Of a stretch of 64,000 nt of DNA, positions 49,704 through 59,606 are shown piece after piece. A program made the position numbers and the translations under genes. The notes beneath the pieces are model-generated. The model saw only the letters and a list, made by a program, of their open reading frames with translations. It searched no databases and had not been told where the DNA came from. Position 1 is the stretch's first letter, and every line of letters starts with the position of its first letter. The stretch comes from a virus: IMG/VR virus record IMGVR_UViG_3300021138_000007, positions 32,001 to 96,000 of that record; one strand, written 5' to 3'.

Positions 49704-50150
49704 ATGTGGTATAGGAATAAGCATAAATATAGAATTTCTCATGATTTAAATGAAGTTGATAGAATTGCGGACATTGTAAGTAAAATGAATCCATATACTC
49801 CTCAACAACACTTTGATCTTTTGACAAAACCATTGCCGCAAATATCTGAATCTGCTTCCGTAGAAGAAAGACTTAAACATATTGCTGATAATAACTTTAT
49901 CAGGATATATAATAGTATTCATCCTCAAATTTATATTTTCCCAAGTGAATCAGTAGGCAAATGGAGATATTTTTTATATGATCCCAAACATCTTAAAAGA
50001 ATAATGAATGAAGATTATTATGAAACACTTACCACGCCTTTTAATCTAGATTATCCATTAGAAGAAGTTTATAGCTGGTGTCATAAACAATATCCAACAG
50101 CATTAATTGATCATTTTGATTCGGAAGAAGAAGCTATTCAAGACTCATAA
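49704..50150 (+). CDS. MWY-leader protein
   Basis: MWYRNKHKYRIS, 9 nt behind AGGT-N18-TAAT. Confidence 0.55.
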   Translation: MWYRNKHKYRISHDLNEVDRIADIVSKMNPYTPQQHFDLLTKPLPQISESASVEERLKHIADNNFIRIYNSIHPQIYIFPSESVGKWRYFLYDPKHLKRIMNEDYYETLTTPFNLDYPLEEVYSWCHKQYPTALIDHFDSEEEAIQDS

Positions 50151-50544
50151 GTTTTTTGCTTAATTCAATATTCAATTTATTAGGAAATTTTAACTTTAAA
50201 TTTTGTAAAAAACTTCGTTTACTAGGCTGTCGAAAATAAATATAAATATTATATTTGTCTTTGTCTTCTTGAGGAATCTTTAAACCTATAACTGTAGAGT
50301 CTGAATATACTAATTCACAATCTTTACCAAATTGTTTATAAATATGATCATCTACAATAATGCTAAAGTCTCCATAATAAGATGGCCCACTCAATATTCG
50401 TGTTTGAGGATGATAGGGAACAAATTTAATATCTACATAAACTACATTCCCAACACCATACCCGCCATGATATATCCACAAATATTTATCATGATTAACA
50501 TTCATTAATGTTAAAATTTTGTTCAAAGCTTTATCTATTTTCAT
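50134..50544 (-). CDS. Hypothetical protein
   Basis: ORF track; coupled to the upstream gene. Confidence 0.5.
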   Translation of the reverse strand: MKIDKALNKILTLMNVNHDKYLWIYHGGYGVGNVVYVDIKFVPYHPQTRILSGPSYYGDFSIIVDDHIYKQFGKDCELVYSDSTVIGLKIPQEDKDKYNIYIYFRQPSKRSFLQNLKLKFPNKLNIELSKKLMSLE

Positions 50545-51053
50545 TAGCTTCCTCGATAAAGAATGCCCTGAATGTATTCATATTTACCTTTGCATTCACG
50601 AGCGTCTGCAAGAGCATCATGCTTATTTCCTGTAGTTGGCAAAATGAACTTTTCAATACCTTCTTGCTTACGCCATTGCTGAATGTCACGCACAAACATA
50701 GGCCAAGTCTTCGGTAAATCAAGCATTTTGCCATATAATTGACATAACACCACCCAATCATATGAAGCATAATCTGCCCAGAATTCAGGATTTTTCCCGA
50801 CAAATTCAATAATGTCTTTCGCTATCTGTTTTCTGGTCTTCCAAACAGGAGAGTCCTCTTGCGGTAAATGACAAATGACATTGTCTTGTAGCCATTTATC
50901 TTTAAGAATACGATCCCAATCTGCGTCAATAACACAAGCGTAATATTCTCTGTTATCTTCACTAACAATCGCAATTGAAATTAATTCAATTGTTTTACCA
51001 TCTTCTAAAAATTCTGTATCAAAAAAGTATTTAATCTTCTTGCTCCTCTTCAT
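50544..51053 (-). CDS. DEDDh 3'-5' exonuclease (Rv2179c/RNase AS-like)
   Basis: FFDTEF, LISIAIV, YASYDWV, HDALADAR. Confidence 0.9.
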   Translation of the reverse strand: MKRSKKIKYFFDTEFLEDGKTIELISIAIVSEDNREYYACVIDADWDRILKDKWLQDNVICHLPQEDSPVWKTRKQIAKDIIEFVGKNPEFWADYASYDWVVLCQLYGKMLDLPKTWPMFVRDIQQWRKQEGIEKFILPTTGNKHDALADARECKGKYEYIQGILYRGS

Positions 51054-51396
51054 CTGTGTCTTTTGTATTTGCTAATAAATCCTCATAAGTTTTAATTGCA
51101 TTCTCAATAGTGGCAATTTGATTCTTAATCTGGTCAATATTAAAATCACCTTCATCAGCCTTCACGTTATCATAACGCACTACTGATTCTACTAAAGTTA
51201 ATTCTAACTTGGAGAAATATAACATTTCATTTAAAAATTGTAACTTTAAATTAATGCCACCGCGATTTGAATCATACATGGCTTTCACCCTGCCATATTC
51301 AACACCAGCATAAATAACTAAATTAATAGCCTGTTTAGATGTTAACTGAACAGGATATTTGACTTCTTCTGCATATAATTCTTCAATGTTTTTCAT
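51031..51396 (-). CDS. Hypothetical protein
   Basis: ORF track. Confidence 0.55.
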   Translation of the reverse strand: MKNIEELYAEEVKYPVQLTSKQAINLVIYAGVEYGRVKAMYDSNRGGINLKLQFLNEMLYFSKLELTLVESVVRYDNVKADEGDFNIDQIKNQIATIENAIKTYEDLLANTKDTDEEEQED

Positions 51397-51554
51397 TTTT
51401 TACCCTTAATATATACTACGTGAATTCATCAATAATGTTAGCATCCCTAATGCCTCGATATGTCCCATACATCAAAGCAATTATAGTGATCATTATATAT
51501 GTGAAACTAAATACTAATTCAAGCGCCATTGCTTTATTTTTTATTGAAATTCAA

Positions 51555-52202
51555 CTACCATTCAGAATGAATTTCAATAAAACTCCAAATATTTATTAAC
51601 TTTTTATACATCATGATTTCCAGTGTATTACAATTAGCACTGGAAATTTCCACAATTACAAAATGACCTTCTTCTGTAACTTTACGACCAACAGATGAAA
51701 CTCTGACATGCAATGGATTAATGTTTAAAGTTATATTCTCTTTCTTAGCTTCAGAAATAACATCCTCTAAAGCTTTTTCGGCATCTTCGCGCAAATATTG
51801 AAATAATTGTTCATCATTTAATTTCACGCCATCACGATAATGAATTCCTTTAGCAGATTCTTCTAATTCGAATTGCTTCATATCAAGCTTTCGCATTTCA
51901 TTAATAGAAATACCTTCATACCAATCGCTCCCGTATAAATCTTGAAGATATTTATCATAATCAGCAATGCTTTTTGGAGAATCTACTAAATCAGAATTAG
52001 GAGAAGCATCTAATTCTATTTCATAACTACCCGCTTCATAATATCCATCGATGTCATTATATCTTCCATGTTCATTTAAATACCATTTTCTTACCGTTCT
52101 TGTAGGACGTGTAGCTACAGCGTCGGCTTTTTCTTTACTGGAATAAACGCCGAGAATTGTAGTGGATTCTATATCATTAATATAAGCAATATGTAATTTC
52201 AT
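51555..52202 (-). CDS. Hypothetical protein
   Basis: ILGVYSSKEKA motif common in small phage proteins. Confidence 0.55.
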   Translation of the reverse strand: MKLHIAYINDIESTTILGVYSSKEKADAVATRPTRTVRKWYLNEHGRYNDIDGYYEAGSYEIELDASPNSDLVDSPKSIADYDKYLQDLYGSDWYEGISINEMRKLDMKQFELEESAKGIHYRDGVKLNDEQLFQYLREDAEKALEDVISEAKKENITLNINPLHVRVSSVGRKVTEEGHFVIVEISSANCNTLEIMMYKKLINIWSFIEIHSEW

Positions 52203-52744
52203 TTTATATCATAATCGATCAAACGATCTATATTTATTCTTATTATAGCAAATCTTTCTTCAAAATCTCCTACGATAATATCACCAAAATCGTTATCAAA
52301 AAACTTCCAACCATTTGAAGTTTTTTCAAATGATAAACTGTTAATTTTATATTCATTTAAAATGTGCTTAATATGCTCTAAAAATGAATTAACGTAGTCT
52401 TGTGATATATTTAGTATCACTGCCCCAAATTCAGTAAATTCCCTATAATTTCCGTGCTTTGGACGTGTGTTTTTAAGCCAACACTGTGTTACATAAAAGT
52501 ATCTATGTTCTTCAGCACTAACATAGTCTAAATAATCCCTGATTGTATCTTTCCCAGTCTGTCGTAAATATACATTGCTTTTTTCAATTTGATAAGAATG
52601 TAATAAATCTACTTTAGGATAAGTTTCAAATGATTGTAGACATATTTCTTGAAAACCAACTAAATCTAAACCACTAATCAAAGTATTAATTAATGATCTT
52701 TTGTGTTTTTCTCTTTTGGTGTCAAAACTCATTGTCTTCCTCAA
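52199..52744 (-). CDS. Degenerate class II aminoacyl-tRNA synthetase (HisRS/HisZ-like) core fragment
   Basis: GFQEI (motif 1), YLRQTG, YFYVTQCW..TRPKHGNYREFTEFGAVI (motif 2-like). Confidence 0.55.
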   Translation of the reverse strand: MRKTMSFDTKREKHKRSLINTLISGLDLVGFQEICLQSFETYPKVDLLHSYQIEKSNVYLRQTGKDTIRDYLDYVSAEEHRYFYVTQCWLKNTRPKHGNYREFTEFGAVILNISQDYVNSFLEHIKHILNEYKINSLSFEKTSNGWKFFDNDFGDIIVGDFEERFAIIRINIDRLIDYDIK

Positions 52745-53090
52745 TAATTACTTCAGGCGATTCAACATTAAATTCAGCTCTCCAACGATTGAATGCCTCT
52801 AATACATCTGGAGCTAAATAAACTACTTCTATAGAACGACGCAATTCTGTAATGCCATCACGAGCTATTCGACGCAACTGAACGACTCCAACAAATCCAG
52901 ATGTCTTCAACTCTTTTAGATATTCTACTTCAATATTATCAGCCTCATCTTTAACATCATATAAAGCTAATAATTCCCATCCAGATTCATCTTTAAAATT
53001 TGGTTCACGCTTATCTAAACGTGTGTCTTCAAATTCAATACGTAATTCTTTTTTACGCATTTGTATCATTTTCATTTGTTTCTCTGTCAT
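52722..53090 (-). CDS. Hypothetical protein
   Basis: ORF track. Confidence 0.55.
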   Translation of the reverse strand: MTEKQMKMIQMRKKELRIEFEDTRLDKREPNFKDESGWELLALYDVKDEADNIEVEYLKELKTSGFVGVVQLRRIARDGITELRRSIEVVYLAPDVLEAFNRWRAEFNVESPEVIIEEDNEF

Positions 53091-54058
53091 AATGTATATA
53101 CTTCCTTATTGGCATTTTCAAAACAATTTATTTCTACTTGAATTTGATTTAAAGTTCCAACAGTTTTGCTACACATAGATTGTAATATTGATAATACTTG
53201 TTTATTTTGCTGAAGTAATATATCAGTATCATCAATTAAATTATATGCACTTTGAATTTCTTGTATCGAATTTGTCGCGCCGTAAATTACATTGAGTTTT
53301 TGAGCCATAGATTCAATAGGTGCAATTATATCAATGGCTTCTTGTTTTTGTATGAGTAGTTTATTTTGTTGCTCTTTTAATTTCACAATACAATCATTCG
53401 CTGTTTCAATGCGAGATAATGTCAATATAGACATTTCATCTTCTTGCACTTCAACTGAATGTTGCAAACTACTGACAATATCATGAAGTTTATTTATATG
53501 TTTTGAAATTTTATTGTAACTTTCATCAATTGTTTTTATTAAATCATGGCTTTTTTGTATAGGTTCATTTGTTAAATAATCAATAACTTTTTTAATTATA
53601 TTTGCATCATATGCATTAAAATCTAAAATATTATTTTCTAATTTAAATTCCTTTTCATATTTATGCTTTTTAATACTGTAATATATTGAACTTATGAATC
53701 CATACCTATGATAAAAAATAGGAGGAAAATATTTCGAATCTTGGTATGCATTTAGTACCATACCAATGAACATACCCGTTAATACAAAGCCAATAATCAA
53801 ATTAACAACAAAATGACCTAGATAATCTGGAAAAGTCACGGGATTATCAACAATATGATAATGATGCGCAATATACCAAGAAATTCCAGTCATCCAAATT
53901 ATAATATCTCCAAATACACCGATTTGAAAAGCTTCATTTGCAACAACTATTTTATCGTGCATTGAATTTTCTTGTTTTTTTGATAAAATTTCGCATGCAA
54001 TAGCCTCTTTATATAAAGTCTCAATATCTATATCAGTATTCATTTCTAAAGTATTCAT
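53087..54058 (-). CDS. Membrane protein with C-terminal coiled coil (paralog of 54055..55077)
   Basis: Two hydrophobic segments; shared YL..PIQ...LI..IDES, LT..RI..A and AI.P...MA..LN. Confidence 0.65.
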   Translation of the reverse strand: MNTLEMNTDIDIETLYKEAIACEILSKKQENSMHDKIVVANEAFQIGVFGDIIIWMTGISWYIAHHYHIVDNPVTFPDYLGHFVVNLIIGFVLTGMFIGMVLNAYQDSKYFPPIFYHRYGFISSIYYSIKKHKYEKEFKLENNILDFNAYDANIIKKVIDYLTNEPIQKSHDLIKTIDESYNKISKHINKLHDIVSSLQHSVEVQEDEMSILTLSRIETANDCIVKLKEQQNKLLIQKQEAIDIIAPIESMAQKLNVIYGATNSIQEIQSAYNLIDDTDILLQQNKQVLSILQSMCSKTVGTLNQIQVEINCFENANKEVYTL

Positions 54059-55077
54059 GATATTTTTTCAATCTCCAATTGAGCGCCAACATAACAGTCT
54101 AAATCCCTGCGGATATTATTAATACGAGACATAGTATGATTACATATTGCGTTAATGCTATCAATCGCGGCACAATTTTGAGCAATAAGAACTTTATTGT
54201 CATCGACAACATTCATCATTATATTAATCTCATTTATCATATTTGTAACAGTGCTAAGAGCATTTAGACGATCCGCCATCTTCTTTAATGGCTCAATAGC
54301 ATTATTAACTTCATTTTTCTGATTTTTAAATATAACCAACTGATCTTTAAGCTTTTGAGAACACAATTGAGCCATATCAATCCGATTTTGAGTTAATTCA
54401 CTAATTGCATCTTTATTGTTATCAAAAGTTAAGCGAACTTTCATATTTTTAACTAATTGATCAATCTTGGATATTTGATTGTCTGTTGATCGAATTGATT
54501 CATCAATTGATGAAATTAAATTATCAGCTTCTTGGATGGGGAATTTTAATAAATATTTAGATACAGTATCAATAACTTCAGGATCATATATATTTATTTC
54601 CTGAGTCGTATTAGGTATTTCGATATTTTGCTTTTTGATAATTAAAGATACAATTAAAGACATAATACCATGCACTCGATAATCATACGACAAATGACCA
54701 GGAGTATATCTACCTAAAGCAATATTGTCTAAAACAAGAATGGAAAATAAAGTTGTAAATATAGCACCTTCTCCAGCCAGACAATATGCCCACCAACCGA
54801 ATAATCCAAAGTAAAAATTAACTGCGGCAAAAATTGTAATAGCATTATAAGAAAATAGATCAAGACTATTAAATATACCAAAAATAGCTTTCCATATCTT
54901 TTGCGAATTGTCTAGTTTATTTTTCCATTTATTAATTTGTTTGATTCTACTATCATATGTATCAATTTCCTCATTTTTAAACTGGGACTCTTCTGACTTT
55001 GCTTTTTTATATAAAGCAATAATATCAGATTCAACAAGATAGTTGGTAAAATCAATTTGCTCTAATGCTAAACTCAT
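54055..55077 (-). CDS. Membrane protein with C-terminal coiled coil (paralog of 53087..54058)
   Basis: Same architecture and motifs; ATGA-coupled to its paralog. Confidence 0.65.
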   Translation of the reverse strand: MSLALEQIDFTNYLVESDIIALYKKAKSEESQFKNEEIDTYDSRIKQINKWKNKLDNSQKIWKAIFGIFNSLDLFSYNAITIFAAVNFYFGLFGWWAYCLAGEGAIFTTLFSILVLDNIALGRYTPGHLSYDYRVHGIMSLIVSLIIKKQNIEIPNTTQEINIYDPEVIDTVSKYLLKFPIQEADNLISSIDESIRSTDNQISKIDQLVKNMKVRLTFDNNKDAISELTQNRIDMAQLCSQKLKDQLVIFKNQKNEVNNAIEPLKKMADRLNALSTVTNMINEINIMMNVVDDNKVLIAQNCAAIDSINAICNHTMSRINNIRRDLDCYVGAQLEIEKIS

Positions 55078-55589
55078 TTTAATAATTCCCTGACATTGCT
55101 CAATTTATTTAATTCTTGCCCACTCAATGTCACATATCCATTATCGGATGTTTTGCTGCGCAATACATTAAAAAAACTAATGTTATCATCATATTTACCA
55201 CATCGCTTGAGATAACGCTTATAAATTGAATTTCCAAATTTATTTTTAGAATGAACCCTGGAAAGAATATCCGACGATGTGACAGCAGGAACACCAAATA
55301 ACTTTAAATATTTCCGCCAACCATTAATGCGATCTATTTCAAGATTTATAAGATGAGCAAATTCACGACGTAAAATATTATCGTTCTTTACAGATAATTC
55401 ACGAACGAGACTGTCAACAAATACCTTGCGCACACGATAAAAACTATCATGGGACAAATTATTGCCGTTCATCAACAAACCCTCAACCACTAAATTGTCT
55501 GACAAAATTTCGTTTTCTAACATAACACTTTCTACGATCTTTTTGAATAAAAAGTTTTTCCTGAAAATTGCACACGAATAAATAGGCAA
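55074..55589 (-). CDS. Hypothetical protein
   Basis: ORF track; start probably internal. Confidence 0.45.
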   Translation of the reverse strand: MPIYSCAIFRKNFLFKKIVESVMLENEILSDNLVVEGLLMNGNNLSHDSFYRVRKVFVDSLVRELSVKNDNILRREFAHLINLEIDRINGWRKYLKLFGVPAVTSSDILSRVHSKNKFGNSIYKRYLKRCGKYDDNISFFNVLRSKTSDNGYVTLSGQELNKLSNVRELLK

Positions 55590-55647
55590 TTATATACTGT
55601 TAGTATAGAAAAAGAACTTTGTTAAATAATGAGAGAAAAATCTCTCA

Positions 55648-56478
55648 TTATTTAACATAATTGAAACAATAATATCTTAATGTACTTCGTAATAAATCAT
55701 TATAGTCACGATATACTGGATGTAACCAATAAGGATGCATCCTTTGAATATTATCTAAATCATTTATGTTTAAATAAGGACGATAACGAACATAATTACT
55801 ACTAGATGAAATTAATTGATAACCCTCTAACGCTATTATTGTTGGAAAAATAAACTCAATGGCAACACACATGTCATCTATTAAATCTAAAAATTCAACT
55901 AAATTTGTTTTATCACAAAATGAAATTAAACTTCTAATAGCTTTTCTACTGTAACTTGTACTTGGAAAAAAACATAAATAAAATGAATTACTGTCAATTT
56001 CATCTAAAGAATAATATTTACTTAAAAATTCAATGAGATGATAACGGTTTTTGAACATATTGTGATCTTTTAACCAATCTTCATTATATTCAAATATCCT
56101 GAAACAATTCCCATATATTCCCCAATAAGGATAAAATTGTACTGCGGAACGTATGTGATCAATATATCCAGAACGTAATAATAATTGATCTGAATCTATA
56201 AATGTGATAATGTCGTAATCAAAATTTAATTCACAATAACGCATGCAATCTAAAACATAATTATGAACATTTGCCCATTCTTGATGTGTAGAATTGGGAT
56301 AGAATACTATACGAGAATGATAACTTAATAACTCATCCCTGTGAAACTCTAAAAATTGATCATAACTACCGTCATATATCAATATGATAGAACTATTGTC
56401 AAAATATGATATGTTTTTTAACATATCAATAACACAATCTAAACACTCGTGAAAAGAAATGACGTAAATGTGATCCAT
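55648..56478 (-). CDS. Glycosyltransferase-like (GT-A) protein
   Basis: ILIYDG, FIDSDQL (DxD), EFIFPT, HPV. Confidence 0.5.
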   Translation of the reverse strand: MDHIYVISFHECLDCVIDMLKNISYFDNSSIILIYDGSYDQFLEFHRDELLSYHSRIVFYPNSTHQEWANVHNYVLDCMRYCELNFDYDIITFIDSDQLLLRSGYIDHIRSAVQFYPYWGIYGNCFRIFEYNEDWLKDHNMFKNRYHLIEFLSKYYSLDEIDSNSFYLCFFPSTSYSRKAIRSLISFCDKTNLVEFLDLIDDMCVAIEFIFPTIIALEGYQLISSSSNYVRYRPYLNINDLDNIQRMHPYWLHPVYRDYNDLLRSTLRYYCFNYVK

Positions 56479-56556
56479 AATATCTTTATACGATTTTGCG
56501 ATAACTTTATCTTGTCATAAAAAGGATTCAATAACAGTAAGTTGAAAATAATTAAT

Positions 56557-57267
56557 ATGTGGTATAGATTCGCAATGATAAGAACTGCAAATGAATATTG
56601 GTTCTATGATAATAATGTCGAATATGCAGACGGAGATGTCGGTGATAAAGATCATGAAATGATCGCTGAAGATTATATACTAAACCAATTTATACCATAT
56701 GAAAGATTGCCAGAATTTAATGATGAATATGGACTTACTCAAGAAAAATTAGAAACCTCTGCTGCCAGAAATTATAATTTCATTGAATATTTAACAAATA
56801 AATATCAACTGCCTGAACAAGAAATAATCGATAATATCTATGAATATAATTATATCAATTGGCTCTTGACTGGAGATGATACTTTGCAAACTCCACAAAG
56901 TAAAGAATTATTTTCAGCACTATACGATCCAAGAAAATATGCCTTGGAAAAATTAGGATGGATACGTGTCCGAGGAAATAATATACAAACACAAAATTTA
57001 GATCAAAATCATTTAGATGAAATCATAAATGGTTTGCAAGAAATTTATGGCGAAGATTATGATGAAGGATTTGATGAGAAAATTAATAATAAAAAATTTA
57101 CAATCGAAGTATTAGGTAATAGAAAAACACTACATGATGTTCCATACTGGGAAATTGCTGATGGAAGCGTAAGAAAAAGATTACAAGAAAAAGTTGAAGA
57201 CTATCTACCAACTAATAGATTTAATCCGTATTCGAATACTCCTGGATATAAATATACAGGAGGATAA
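56557..57267 (+). CDS. MWY-leader acidic protein
   Basis: MWYRFAMIRTA, 9 nt behind AGGA-N17-GAAA. Confidence 0.6.
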   Translation: MWYRFAMIRTANEYWFYDNNVEYADGDVGDKDHEMIAEDYILNQFIPYERLPEFNDEYGLTQEKLETSAARNYNFIEYLTNKYQLPEQEIIDNIYEYNYINWLLTGDDTLQTPQSKELFSALYDPRKYALEKLGWIRVRGNNIQTQNLDQNHLDEIINGLQEIYGEDYDEGFDEKINNKKFTIEVLGNRKTLHDVPYWEIADGSVRKRLQEKVEDYLPTNRFNPYSNTPGYKYTGG

Positions 57268-57304
57268 TTATTAATGTATCTGAAACTTTTAAAAGGAAAA
57301 GAAA

Positions 57305-57709
57305 ATGTGGTATAAATTTGCACAAGAAATAATAAATGAACCACTAAACACCATAGAGGAAAATAAACAAAATCCAGAAGATTTTGCAAACTATCTGGCA
57401 AATAAATATAATGCAGCCATTCGATTGTATTTAACAAATAGAAATGATCTGAAATTAGACCATTTAGTCGTTCCTAAAGAACTAAGAAAACAAGGTATAG
57501 GATCATCAATTATGCGCGAAATAATAGACTATGCAGATAAAAATCAATATAGACTAATACTTACAACAGCCTCAAAAGATCAATACTTTGGCACTACATC
57601 ATCTGGAAGATTGAAAAAGTTCTATAAACAATTTGGACTTAAAGAAAATAAAGGAAAAGATTATTCTATCTCGGAAAATATGTTCAGATTACCAGCCAAA
57701 TGTAAATAA
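57305..57709 (+). CDS. GNAT acetyltransferase with MWY leader
   Basis: MWYKFAQ; VPKELRKQGIGS (acetyl-CoA motif), LKKFYKQFG. Confidence 0.85.
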   Translation: MWYKFAQEIINEPLNTIEENKQNPEDFANYLANKYNAAIRLYLTNRNDLKLDHLVVPKELRKQGIGSSIMREIIDYADKNQYRLILTTASKDQYFGTTSSGRLKKFYKQFGLKENKGKDYSISENMFRLPAKCK

Positions 57710-58097
57710 AAACAAACATATTTAACTAATTATATATTACTCCAGGGAGTCAAACGAAATCCAAAAACAAAAAAATCTAATAGCCCCCCATACCAATATT
57801 ATATTCTGCTACCTCGGAGTCCCTAAGCATTAGGTACCATATCACAAAAATTTAACTCCCCCCCCCCATACCAATCCTATTTTTAAAAACATATTTCTAA
57901 AGAACATAAAAAAGTTTTCTAAAAAATCCTAGCGATTGGAAATGCCACTTCGATTTTTTGGCGGGGGCAGGAAACACCCTTCCTTATGGAACCAAAATAA
58001 TTGACTACCCCTGGGGGTAGTATAGGAATAGTAGCATAGTAGCAATAGTAGCCATGTGGCATATACTATTATGTGGCATTAACATCTTATGGCATAA

Positions 58098-58125
58098 AAC
58101 AGTACCCTATTTCTAGGGTACTGTT
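58098..58125 (-). terminator. Hairpin downstream of 58150..58635
   Basis: AACAGTACCCTA-N4-TAGGGTACTGTT; second hairpin at about 58129-58146. Confidence 0.55.
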
Positions 58126-58149
58126 CTTAGTACCTTGCGGGGTACTGTA

Positions 58150-58635
58150 CTAGCTGAATCGTACTACGTTCTCCACCTTGAAGATGTTGAACATTGCCTG
58201 ACCTACTTCTGCTTTTGCTTCCTTTTCGGCACTATAGTCAGTGTCCTTGGCGTCTTCCGCCAACAAGTAATCGCGGATGTCATCCTTTTGTACTTCTACT
58301 CCGCCAAGAGTCCAAGTACTCGGCAATGGTCGAACAGGCAGTACTGCCAAGTACCATTGAGTACCCTTCCTCCAGAACTCGACACCGTTTACTACTTGGA
58401 CTTCTTCCACCCAAGGTTGTCGTTCTGGCGCTTCGCGTGTGCCTTCTGCTACGGCTTCCCGTACCGCTTTGGCGTTGGCATAAACGGCCTTAACATGGAA
58501 TTGCATGGCACCGATTTTGCGGATTTCTGGACCGTCATAGGATTTCTTAACCTTAGCGGGTCTGTCAGTATGAACCGTAGTAATAGCGCCACCGCGAAGG
58601 CCACCGAGAATGTCGATAATTGCTTCCTTAGTCAT
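58150..58635 (-). CDS. Cassette gene, paralog family member 1
   Basis: 161 aa, AAGGAG SD; collinear with 58954..59439 and 63538..>64000. Confidence 0.85.
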   Translation of the reverse strand: MTKEAIIDILGGLRGGAITTVHTDRPAKVKKSYDGPEIRKIGAMQFHVKAVYANAKAVREAVAEGTREAPERQPWVEEVQVVNGVEFWRKGTQWYLAVLPVRPLPSTWTLGGVEVQKDDIRDYLLAEDAKDTDYSAEKEAKAEVGQAMFNIFKVENVVRFS

Positions 58636-58953
58636 TTCTTAACTCCTTCGGTCCTGCCCCTCTTGGCTGAACCACACATAGTATACCTGATATGGTCAAG
58701 CCCTTCGCAAGCGTTGCTGAATTTATCGCAATATCACGTTTTATTTTACATCTTAAAAAACAAGGAGCGTATGCTATTTATGCAACATAATATTATAATA
58801 TAAAATAGTTAATATAAATAATTATGCAAAAAACGTCCCATTATGAATTTTAAGACGTAAAATAAATTGCTGATTTTTGAGCAATCAAATGCGTTGTCTC
58901 TATAGGGTATAATATATGTGTAGTTTACCCTAGAGGGTAGGGGTTAAAATAAC

Positions 58954-59439
58954 ATGACATTAGAAGCGATTATTGAAACACTGGATAAAAAGCGACGTGG
59001 TACAATTAGCACTGTATATTTGGACAGACCTGCACTTGTAAGAAGTAAATATCATGGTCCTGAAATTCGCAAAAAATCAGGAGTGCAGTTTTTGGCAAAA
59101 GTCGATTACTCAGACACAAATACAGTACGCCAAGCGGTTAAGAATGGCATTCGTCCTACGCCTCAAACACCGTCTTGGGTGGAAGAAGTTGTAATGCAAA
59201 AAGGTATTACATTCTGGCGCAAAAAAGATCAATGGTACCTAGTTATGGTGCCAATCAAACCACTCAAAGTAACATGGACTCTTGACGGTAATACAGTACC
59301 AAAAGAATCAATCCATGATTTTCTTCTTGCCGATGATGCAAAAGAAAGTAACTTCCAAGCAGAAAAATCAGATCGTGCAGAAAAAGGACATTCTGTTTAT
59401 ATTGTTGCTAAATTAGAAAACATCTCAAAAATGATTTAA
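58954..59439 (+). CDS. Cassette gene, paralog family member 2
   Basis: 161 aa; shares DRPA.V, GPEIRK, WVEEV, FWRK..QWYL, WTL.G and LLA.DAK with member 1. Confidence 0.85.
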   Translation: MTLEAIIETLDKKRRGTISTVYLDRPALVRSKYHGPEIRKKSGVQFLAKVDYSDTNTVRQAVKNGIRPTPQTPSWVEEVVMQKGITFWRKKDQWYLVMVPIKPLKVTWTLDGNTVPKESIHDFLLADDAKESNFQAEKSDRAEKGHSVYIVAKLENISKMI

Positions 59440-59456
59440 TCGAAACAGCGACTCCC

Positions 59457-59483
59457 AAAATCCAGTACTAAATACTGGATTTT
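59457..59483 (+). terminator. Cassette terminator abutting a minus-orientation site
   Basis: AAAATCCAGTA-N5-TACTGGATTTT. Confidence 0.7.
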
Positions 59484-59606
59484 ATTTTTGTCTTAAAATT
59501 CATGGAAGGACGATTTTTGTTACTCTCTAACAATAAGATTTATTGCTAAATTCATAGCAATAAATATCGTTCCCTCTAACGTGTGATTGGGTATAATAAA
59601 TACATT

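Noticed and set aside
58135-58803. 222-aa plus-strand ORF (and 58194..58493)
   Set aside because: Antisense shadow of 58150..58635, which has an SD and two paralogs
58834-58866. Site read as a canonical dif (XerCD) site
   Set aside because: No TTATGTTAAAT-like XerD arm; the resemblance is architectural only
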